The position numbers and the translations under genes are program-made. A stretch of 64,000 bases of DNA, from contig NOWV01000111.1 of the NCBI GenBank assembly GCA_003344405.1, positions 186,001-250,000 on the forward strand. The letters run 5' to 3'. Below, piece after piece: positions 51,122 through 61,554 of this stretch. The notes under the pieces were generated by a model. The model had not been told where the DNA came from. It saw only the letters and a list, made by a program, of their open reading frames with translations, and searched no databases. This stretch comes from Trichoplax sp. H2 (taxonomy: Eukaryota). Within the stretch, counting starts at the first letter, position 1, and every line of letters begins with the position of its first letter.

Positions 51122-53822
51122 ATGGTTGGAGGATCAGGTGAGTGATAGTCATAGTTGTCGAATTGAAATGGCTACGTCAAAATAGTGTATTTGATTGAGT
51201 ACGACAGTGCTTGGACAAAACTATTTGACGACTGGTGAAGAAGTACAGGTACTGTGCTGTAATGACCATAGACCTTCATTCGTACAAGCATTTTGCAAAT
51301 CGGTGTAGTCCCTTCGACAGGAATAGACTAGTACAGCATGCTCACAATGATCAAGGTTGCGATTCTACATGCGTAAACCTGAAATGTTGAAAATGCTTAG
51401 CAAAGGCCTCCATGCAACACGTCTAGTTACTTACAATACTCAATTTGGAATGGAGTTGATTGCCTATACTGTAGGTTACTGCAAGTGGATGATTGATTGC
51501 TTATTTACAGTAACAAAAACAATCCAAGTCATCCTTGGAGCCAACCAATATTGCAATATACCCATCGATAGTAGAAGTCATCTCGTTTTTAGAAACTCAC
51601 TTTGCATCACCAATCTATTCACAATTAACACATCTCTATACTTTTATCATTACTACAGTGAGCGGTAAACCTTTCCGAGAAGATCCAACATCCTACGCAA
51701 AAACCGGCATTCCATGGTAAGTACAGTAGATTGCAATGGAAATGACTGCTAGTTATGCCTAGACATAGAACAGTACATCATACTGTAATAATTTACCCTA
51801 GCATAGTCAATACATACAAGGACTGTATAGGTGACGTTATAAAAAAATGAAATCAGATACTAGTCGTTCATGAAGAAGCATAATGTTAGTGATATGCAAG
51901 ATATCGCTATAAAATTGGACTTACTGTAAGTACCTTATTTTACTCATCATGATCCTTGATACGTGCATTCTTTAAAGTGGTCATCCTACGCGATATAAAA
52001 GCCGGGGGGTAATTCGCTTGATTCGCGATTCTTCAACACCATATGAAGATCAGCGGATTGAAGCTCCTCCCAATGATAACGTTGAATCAGAAACCGATAA
52101 ACTCCTACATGATTTACTGGAAAAGCAATTAAGTAAGTCCGTCGACGTCAAAAGGTAAGCCATTCTACATGCATGCGATTGTAAACATTAGCTGGTTAAA
52201 TGCTCTCAAATGGAAGATGATAGTAATCGAATACTAATCATACTCATTTTGCCAAATTCTTATACATCATGATGGCAGGCAACGTAGGGATTTTGTCGGT
52301 GGAACAGTCGTTGATAATGCTCAGGGAGAATTTAGCGGACAATTATCTTTGGATCAATATAAAGTAAAATCGTCAATAAATGACCAAACTAATTTTTTAA
52401 GAAATCAAGGCTTAGATGAAGAGGAGATAAGGTACCAAGCAATGTGCATACCGGATTATCATAAGTGATACTCATTCATTCTTACAATTGTAGATGGAAA
52501 ATAGAAGATAACATAGAGTCACAATTTCAGTCAACAAAGCGGAAAAGATACGGTACTGATCCAAGCATAGCTAGAGACAGGCTAGAAAATATCGAACGCA
52601 AGATAATTAAAAAAGAGTCAATGCTGGCACATCCTGATAGTTTTACCAATGCTAAACCAATGAATAGGTGAAAATTAAGCATTATCAGAAGGATGGACCA
52701 AAATTATATAATATTAATGTGAAATGGATATCATCCGATTCTTAAATTTCTACATTGCTGTATGTTGCAGGCAGTTAATGGATATTGAAAAATCAATCAA
52801 TCGCGGTACAGAGAAGGCGACAATGTTCAGTCATCTTTTAAGACCAGAAAGTATTGAATCAAATGCAATATTACAAGCTACAGTGGATAACGTGAACCAT
52901 TCTATAAGCACTACTGATGGTAACAATTCCAATAGCAAGTGCAAAGAATTGAACGACGAGGAAACAAGATTACCCGTATCTTCTGAAATTGACGATGCAA
53001 CGTGCAAAGTAGAAATTACTATTGATCAACCGAGTAGTTCTCCATCTACTAAAGACGAAACAAGGCAAGAATATTACATTGTATGACTCACTAAAGCTTC
53101 AGAGAATTATTTTTTATAAAGCAAAACGACAACGAGTACTTTCTGTCTTCAAATATGCTATACCATACCATGGCTGAATATTTAGACTGTATAGACATAC
53201 AACTGTTGATCAAGTTATTTTATTTACTCCAATATAGAACTAAGGGAATAAATTACGGTACTGGTACCTTGCGTGATAATTTGCAAGCAGTAAAAGCAGA
53301 AGATATTATCAAGAATAGAATAACTATTGAGGAAATAAGAGCTATGGCAAGATTTGCTCATTATGAGCAGGGAGAACCTTCTAAGGTACTAATCTATTTC
53401 CCCATATAACTTACTTTATTCATATAATATTCCGTAGTTAAAGCATTGACGTCTATATAAAATTTGGGCAATTGTAGGTGCTCTACATCAAAAATTTAAG
53501 TGATAAAGTCAATGAGAAAGATTTAGTCATGACCTTTATAGGATTTCAAGAAGACAGTAAAGATAATATCCGATTTCGGTTAATGAAAGGCAAAATGAAA
53601 GGTCAAGCGTTCGTAACATTTTCAGGTATAACGATAGACACTACTCATTCATGACGTATTAAACTCTGATTATCTTTATAAAATCTTATTTGATTACATT
53701 CCGTAATAATGTCAAACCTATCAAAATTAGATGTAGCTACTGCGGGGAAAGCACTAGATTTAGTAAATGGATATAAGCTGAAAGGGAAGCCCATGGTTAT
53801 ACAATACGGGAAGAAATCATAA
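51122..53822 (+). CDS. RBM41: RNA-binding motif protein 41 (paralogue of U11/U12-65K/RNPC3); exons 51122-51137, 51659-51716, 51978-52154, 52279-52431, 52494-52667, 52771-53064 (or 53080), 53238 (or 53245)-53385, 53478-53625, 53731-53822
   Basis: N-region VESETDKLLHDLLEKQL...LRNQGLDEEEI...PDSFTNAKPMNRQLMDIEKSI and single C-terminal RRM GEPSKVLYIKNL...MKGQAFVTF...VNGYKLKGKPMVIQYGK match RBM41 as I recall it. First two short exons less certain. Confidence 0.88.
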
Positions 53823-54902
53823 ATACTTTGATACCGTGAGAAGAATAGCTACGTAAGCCCAAAGGATTGCGACCATAACGCAATGAAGTAAAATCATACT
53901 GATGTACAAACACCTTTTTATTATATATATATATATTAATATGCTATATTTATCTGTTTGATTATTTATGCGTATCTCCATAATGCCAAATTACATCTAT
54001 TGCACAAGACCCTATGTATAAATTTATTGTATGATAGTCAAAATTCGGTTCAACTGAATAAAATCAATCAAGCATTTGCATAGTATATACGGATTTTGCA
54101 TAACAACATATTTTCGTATGATCAACGCAACGATTGCCTGAGCAAAATTCCCATTGATTGAAATAAGTGTAGCTCCGTTTTAAGCCAATACCTTACCTTT
54201 TTGCCTTGTTTCTTATTAATGATAACAATGCTTATCGCCTTTGTTTTATCTTAGTTCTAACATAGACGAACTAGATCAATCATAAACACAATATTATCAC
54301 AACTGGGTTATGTTATAAAATCGTTTTCTTTTATGGTATGTACTTGAATTTCAAAGGTTACATTAGTTATAAGTCTAATAACAAAATTAATAGTCGTCAA
54401 GAATAGGAAGATAGCAGTAGAGTGCAGTAATTGTAATTTAGACACAAATAACAAACTCTTTAAGCATGTTTCTGTTTAATTGCGTAATAAACACATTAAA
54501 GTTTGGTTTACATTAATATACGTTGGGCAAATAATAACTTAACCAGCGTATTGACCATCTCAATTCAGGTTTCAATTACGCTAGGATACATTGCAGTCAC
54601 TTGCGAATCGATAATATTGTTATATTATGCATACAGTTTCGTCAGCTATTGCTCAATGCTCATGGATATCAATGGAATAAACTTCATCACATTTTTCTCA
54701 AGCATTGTGCCCTAAATTGTGCACATTTACAATTAACTCAATCTCATCAATAAAACGGTATGATGGAAAACATAATTTCGATGTCTGTAATTATAATAGC
54801 CATTGATAATACAATGGAGTCGTGCAGCCTAATTCACGAATATCTGGTAGTTTACTGTATATTAATATCTACTACTTATAAAATTATTAAAATCAAACTT
54901 TT

Positions 54903-56801
54903 TTAAACAAACATTTCTTCAGTGTCGTCTTCACTTTCAGTTAGAAGGGTATTAGCATTGTCCTTCGTATCTGTCTTTTTAGAGATATCTTTTGATACTT
55001 TGGATATCTACGCGAAAAAAACAAATAAGTGATATAAAACCAGTAAAATGAACTTTACAGATTATTATCACAAGTCTATTTACATCAAGTGGTAACATTG
55101 AAAATACTGATACGATATGACTAACCGTAATTTCCTGATCAACTTCCATTGCATAATCAACAGTAGGAGAGACAGCTACCGATCTTCTATCTCGACCTCC
55201 TTCTCTCTGAATTCGTTGAAAAAAGTTATTGTTACTCTTTGCCGTTGAGTGCAAATACAACTGATAATTTACAGGTATCGTACATAATTAAGCCCTAACC
55301 GATTTATCCTTATTCGAAACTCTGACATTGGTTTCCCCTTGATCCATGTGAGAGTCAAAATCGAGACTTAGATGCTTAGTGCCTCTTCTATTTTTCTTTG
55401 GCATAACACGTATCCTATCACGCGCAGCGCTATGATTCAGAACAGGTGAACTACTAATTGGCATACCATCCTTGTCATACTGTACAGACTCGTCTAAAAA
55501 TTATGAGCACATAATACAGGATCATCAGCGATTGAAAGCATTATGGTATATCAAGTAAAAGTGTAGCAAGATCTATAACATCACAATGTGGATCATTAAA
55601 AATCGGAATACTACTGTATCCCTTTTAGAAGTGATTCTGCTATTTTGGGACCTACCTTGTTTTTGCTGATTCAATAATTTATTCGGCGTTCCTCCATCGC
55701 TATTCTGTCTCATAGTCTATAAAAGAATTATTACTCTTAGACGTCAATAATAAAACAACTTAGGACAAAGCATTTAAGGCATCTTTATTACTACAGCCAA
55801 AAAATGAATTTCTCCAACCTGAATCGGTAATTTAACTCCTCTAGGAGGAGTTGCAAACGGGCTCTGAATTTTAAGCTTGGCATTTAATTCTTTGGCTATA
55901 TCGTTACCAAACTGTCGATTTGGTGTTTTTTGTGCGGTTATCGGATTAAATCCGATCGGCTTCTTTGCAACAGCTGGTGGAGTCGGTTTTTCATTTGATG
56001 GTGAGGAATTTTGGGCTGGCATTTTCTTTCCAAGCAGTGGATTAAAACCGATCGGTTTCTTAGCAATTGATGGTGGTGTCGATTTCTCACCAACTGGTGA
56101 TTCGGGTTGTTCCTAATAGTATGTATCCCCCAAAATGAGTCATTTACTGATAAGTATACCCTACTATCGGAATAACTAAGGTTTGCTTCGAGTTCCAATA
56201 TAAAATTACAGGATAAGATATACGTGTAAAGTAACGAAACTGTTCTCAAAAAATTCTACAGACAAATGATAAGTTTAAAACCATTGGAAATTTAGCTTTA
56301 TTATTCGGTTGAAGGATCGAGTTCGTAGGATTACTAAGCAAGAAATTTACTCGATTGCATTAAGTGCTATGGTAACGGGATAGAGTCAAATTCGATGAAA
56401 TACCATGCAGTAAATTTCATTTCGTTCATTGTATTTCACTGTGCAAATCGATTTGTAGTATACTAGACTCGATGTATGCTTTTCTATTTCCGATTTAATT
56501 CAATTCCGTACTTATTACGAACAGTTTAGCTATACATTCAATCATGAAATTGTGCAGTGTAATGTTGGCGCATTCTAAATCCTTCTTTTAAGTGGGTATA
56601 TTGAATACAGTACTTATATATAATACTAGTGTATATTCATAATGTCGTATGCTGTGTGCGTTATATCATTACAGATGAAAATAAAATAGCTACAAACAGT
56701 GGTCATACCGATTGATCAGCTCCACTTCTCCTTTTAAGCTTATCAGCAAGTTCTTTAGAAATATTACTACTTAGTAAAGGCATACCACCGGTTGCAGCCA
56801 T
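54903..56801 (-). CDS. Disordered proline-rich protein with a capping-protein-interaction-like motif (CRACD/KIAA1211-like); exons 56709-56801, 55819-56112, 55656-55716, 55300-55493, 55126-~55260, 54903-55007
   Basis: In-phase GT-AG exons; LNHSAARDRIRVMPKKNRR (55384-55440); duplicated TPP.(I/V)AKKPIGFNP and I.KEL..KLK motifs; ends EEMFV*. Further upstream exons cannot be excluded. Confidence 0.65.
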
Positions 56802-59800
56802 ATTATACAGCAATGGCAAGAGTTACAAGAATGAATAGTATACGTATATAGTTTCTTTCTTTAGAAATGTCCGAAGTGATTTTTGTAATAAAATTTCACT
56901 TGGATTACCAGGAGTTAACAATTAATTGATTATATATTAGTAACCCTAAAAAAATGATTGATAAAGAACTGATATTAAATGTTGAATTGAATATACAGTA
57001 TTTATTAGGCTAAGCAGGTTATCAATAATAAATTGTGAGAAAATTGACTTGATACGAGAAATAAAAAAACGAGATACACGTCGATGCAATAACGTTTTGA
57101 AAAAGTGGCAAGGAATTGAGTTAAGATTCAGTGTTAGAAGAAGAGCATCCTCCAATTAAAATAATAAAAGATGGCCCAAGTACCCAACCATTTCCTACTA
57201 TACAAAGAGTAATACCTTCGCTAGTTGATACTTTTGTCAAGTGTATTTGAAACTTCATATCAAGTTTATAAGGTAATTAATTCTTAATATACGTACCATA
57301 TATATTAAGAAATGAGAACGATCGAACACACTGCATAAGGAACGTAACTAGGGCAAGGGGCTAAGTAAAAAATCCATTCTTTAGATTTACCATAGTCTTG
57401 GCAATCAAATCGACAAAAGGTGACTAGCGGTTAACAACATTTATTATCTACTATGTTGGTAACTTTGAATGAATAAAAAATGTTTCAAAGGCTTACATAC
57501 AGTGCAATGTAGTTTTATTACAGCCTTCAAGATAGTATTTTAAGAATCCAACTGTGCAGAAGGGGAAGTAGAAATGCACGGGTACTTAATGTTTGTTAGA
57601 AAGCCTATCAGACACTTTGAACTTTTGCTAGGATAAATCGATACGGAGACAACATCAATTGAAAGTCAAGTCAGACTAGCGATTAGAAATTAATGAGCGT
57701 ATGATAATAGTTAAAGTCTCATTTTGTTTGTAGACAATAATAGAGCCATCCATCCAATCTTTATTTTACTGGCAGACGTCTACGATTGTAGAGAGCAATT
57801 AAATAATAATTGAAGACTTTTTCCATACTTATCCAGGGACATTTTCCAATAACCTACTTGATAGTGGTATGACAGAGATGCATAGCGGTTAAAAGATCAA
57901 ATACTTGGCAAGCCAAGAATGCAAAGCATGGGAATAATATTTTTTGATTATGTCCCCTGAATCCCTGATTATGTATTAGTGGCCGTGATTCAATTAATTT
58001 GCAATGCTACGGTCAATATCAAACAGTTTCTTCTCCTTCCTTCACTGAAGAGGGCTGAAAAATGATTCAATAATCGAATTAAGGAGCGTATTAACCTTAG
58101 TAATACAGTACTGCATAGACTACTATACAGTAATGTCGTAGTATTTCAAATCAACAGCGATTACAAGAATGTTAGTAGCCATTTTCTCTTATTCTAATTA
58201 TCGATATATTCAATGAATTTCTATGACGACTGAAGTAATTCCACTAATTGGTGATGGCGACCGTGGTCGAATCTCGTCCACTTTTAGACAATAGGTGAAA
58301 AAAATAGAGATTTGAAATTTCCAGAGTGGATTTAATTGGGTTGAGAGGAGGACGAAAACGTCGGTAAAAACAGACATAAAATCAATCAAGTTGGACTGAT
58401 GGCGATTGTAAGCAACTTCATGTATGATATCTTAATCTACGTTATTGTTCACGTTTTTGTTGAGTCAATAATTGCAATAAAATGACGAGATTAGGTATCC
58501 ATAACACGACAGGCTTGAACAGTATGAGGTCATCAAGAGTGAGGGAGTTTGGCCTGGGGCAGTCGTTTATTTAAATAATTTAAGTTCAAGGTAGGCAGTG
58601 AGAGCGTCAAAGTCAATGAATGATCTAATCAAGTTACTTTTCTAGCTTAAGATTGAAGTTTATTGACGGTAAATTAGCCTAGTAGACAAGGGGTTATTAC
58701 TCATGAAGTGTATCCTGTCAATGCATGGTATTGGTATTGGAAAGGTTTTAACGGGAGCGTGTATTCTATGCTAAGATAGCGCTGTTATTTTTTGGCAATG
58801 ATGAATGATGGCAGATAATTTTCCAGTTGCCAGTATAGTACATGGATGAGTCCCATGGTAGTTATTCAATAATTGCTCTTTACATACCACTCATGATGAA
58901 ATATAAAATAAAATGAACGAGAATATGCAAGGTACCAGTTGACAGGGAAACGCAGTAGCAGATACAAGTGATTGTTGTTGTATTGTTGTATGGGAGGAGA
59001 AATTATTGCGGTTACGGAAAGACAGGTTGAAATCAAATATGGCGGATGTAGTTTATGTTGAAGTAGTTAGGAGACGATTGAATTTAATCCCTGGATCATT
59101 GACGTCTGGAACAGTGAGTAAATACCATCCATGGTGGAATTGGGAACGAGTTATAAAGTAAGTTGCGACTACGAAAGAAACGATGAAGACCTATCAGCAG
59201 CGTTAAAGACTTGATCGAACAGCCAATGCTGTTTTTAGCTGTATCTTGAGAGTTATTTCAATTAATATTTTATTATGCTAGCCCGATATCATCCAATACA
59301 GTATTAGCATAACGGTAAGCCCATCAATATCAGATCATTTCTAGTAAATTTCAACTTGCATTACTCTAGTAATGGCTTTTCATAATCGAACGGATTGAAT
59401 GTCTGTTGAGGCTGGCGATGAAAATCACCCCATCAAATTGCTATTTACCCAGCTTCAACATAACCGCCATAACGCTAATGCTTGAAGTTCTGTCTATTGC
59501 ATTATGGAGCCTGTTGGTAATAGCTTTTTTACTTACCCACTAATGCTGAACATCAATTTCTTGCTCTACGAATTAACTGGATCGATTCGATCACTCCTCA
59601 ACATACAACTAGGTAGAATTTCTTTCCCAAGGAGTCCCTGATATGGATATCTTGGATGCTCTCCTTCTCAATATTTGATCGGTTCAACCCCCAAATTGTT
59701 CAACTTGAACGGCCTGCCAAATGTTTCATCCAATGCGCCTACGGACGTTGACTTCCAATGCTAGCCACCACTAAACTAAGTGCTCTAAGTGGAGTGCGTA

Positions 59801-59944
59801 CTCATACTGTACTCTACTGAACTAGAGGTATTTCCAGGCTCGAGTATTTGGAAAGCAAGTGGGTGGGTCATGAGTTGCACGACCGGACATGGTGTTGACT
59901 TTGACCTGTGCAGCACCATAGACTACTAGAAGCAGACCCGGACG

Positions 59945-60203
59945 GATCGCACCCTCAGACGGACGGAAATCTTTACGAACTGGAAAGTGAGGTCCCGTTC
60001 ATGTCGAAAAATGATTACTGAGTCGGCAACGTGTGTATCTGTTTTCTAAATTACTGGTACTCCTTTCAATAACATTGTCGATCTTATCCAGCTGATTGTA
60101 TGACAGGGACCTGAGCGTAAAAGGACTTTACGCATTGAGCCATCGTAGAATCTAGTTTGGCACAATATGGAGGTGGGAAGTGTCTGTCCGTCCAAGAACG
60201 ATC
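59945..60203 (-). ncRNA. Candidate structured RNA or structured 5' leader, divergent from PPT1
   Basis: Long terminal helix (GAUCG-UUCUU-GGACGGACAGA with UCCGUCCGUCU-GAGGG-UG-CGAUC), inner helix AGGUCCC/GGGACCU, hairpin GCGUAAA/UUUACGC; no long ORF; ACAGT words immediately upstream (60221-60250). Confidence 0.35.
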
Positions 60204-60570
60204 ACTCCAGCGACTGCAGCCTGTACACTGTACAGTACAGCAGACTTCTGTATTACTCTACACTATAGTTAGATCGATCCAGCATCTGTTAACAACTATC
60301 AATACATCGCTGAAATGGCTTATAACGATATGATTTATTATGCATACCACATTGTAATTGCTGAGTTTCAATTCAAATAATTTCCATTACATAATCAATC
60401 ATGGAGTAAACGTATCCACTTGGGTGTGGTTCCAATACTGTCAGCGAAAGACTTTACACTGCGCAAGATCTTCTTCTACTGTAGTACAGTTCAGTACTAC
60501 AGTGTACAGTACCGCATATCATGCTGTACAGTGTACAGTACTGTGCTTCAAGCTTCTGGTTCTCACTCCA

Positions 60571-60580
60571 GTCACATGAC
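60571..60580 (+). promoter_or_regulatory. M-box/CLEAR-like E-box GTCACATGAC upstream of PPT1
   Basis: One mismatch from the CLEAR consensus GTCACGTGAC and contains the M-box TCATGTGA on the reverse strand; 60 nt before the ATG of a lysosomal enzyme. Confidence 0.4.
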
Positions 60581-60639
60581 TCGGACTCTATCTCCTTTCT
60601 GCACTGAACTCAAGAAAAAGAATAACAACAGCCTCCAAG

Positions 60640-61554
60640 ATGGCTAGAGCGCTTCTCTCTCGTAGGATTTTCTTCTCCATCACCTGGATTTTGCTCGGTT
60701 TAACTTGTCATACACAGTCAAGCCCAACGCCTGCTGTCTTATGGCATGGCCTTGGTGACAGCTGCTGCAACCCACTGAGCTTAGGGCGCATTCAAAAAGT
60801 GATTGAATCCAATGTCAAAGGCATCTATGTCAGATCACTACAAATTGGCACCAATTTTTTCGAGGACACCTTCAATGGATATTTCTTAAATGCCAATAAG
60901 CAAATTGCTATGGTGTGTGAAAAATTAGCAAAAGATCCCAAGTTAAAACACGGTTATAATGCTGTTGGATTCTCTCAAGGGGGACAATTTCTGAGAGCAG
61001 TAGCTCAACGCTGTCCTAACCCGCCTATGCGTAATTTCATCTCCATTGGAGGACAACATCAAGGTGTTTATGGCTTCCCTCGTTGTCCTGGTAATTCCAG
61101 CGAATTATGCAATTTATTACGACAACTTCTGAACCAAGGTGTTTATGTACCATTTATTCAAGATAATGTAACACCAGCGGAATATTGGCAAGATCCTCTC
61201 AATAAGAAAGAATATAAGCAGAAAAGTGTTTTCTTAGCTGATATTAATCAGGAAAGAGGAATCAATGCTACTTATAAAAAGAATTTAATGAAGTTATCCA
61301 AATTCGTCATGGTTAAATTTGAGAATGATACTGTTGTCCAGCCTAAAGCAAGTGAATGGTTTGGATTCTATAAAGAAAATTCAACTTCGGAAACTTTCAC
61401 TCTCCAACAAAGTCGTTTATATAAGGAAGACTGGTTAGGATTGAAGGCCATGGATCACGCCAAAAAGTTGGTCTTTCTTAAAACTGAAGGCGATCATTTA
61501 CAGTTTTCTAATAAGTGGTTTATTCAAAATATCGTCAATCCCTATTTAAAGTAG
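60640..61554 (+). CDS. PPT1: Palmitoyl-protein thioesterase 1, intronless
   Basis: Signal peptide, [17 protein letters not shown], nucleophile motif [27 protein letters not shown], catalytic Asp (ENDTVV) and His (GDHLQF). Confidence 0.96.
   Translation: MARALLSRRIFFSITWILLGLTCHTQSSPTPAVLWHGLGDSCCNPLSLGRIQKVIESNVKGIYVRSLQIGTNFFEDTFNGYFLNANKQIAMVCEKLAKDPKLKHGYNAVGFSQGGQFLRAVAQRCPNPPMRNFISIGGQHQGVYGFPRCPGNSSELCNLLRQLLNQGVYVPFIQDNVTPAEYWQDPLNKKEYKQKSVFLADINQERGINATYKKNLMKLSKFVMVKFENDTVVQPKASEWFGFYKENSTSETFTLQQSRLYKEDWLGLKAMDHAKKLVFLKTEGDHLQFSNKWFIQNIVNPYLK

Noticed and set aside
56941-56950. TAACCCTAA as a telomerase RNA template
   Set aside because: AT-rich context with no pseudoknot or CR4/5-like structure visible.
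58020-58290. Possible minus-strand micro-exons (DEIRPRSPSPIS; PSSVKEGEETV*)
   Set aside because: Could not build an in-phase gene model linking them; needs RNA-seq.
59945-60250. RNase P or MRP identity for the structured element (GGGAAGTGTCTG, AAAGTCC)
   Set aside because: No correctly spaced CR-I/CR-V pair able to form the P4 pseudoknot.
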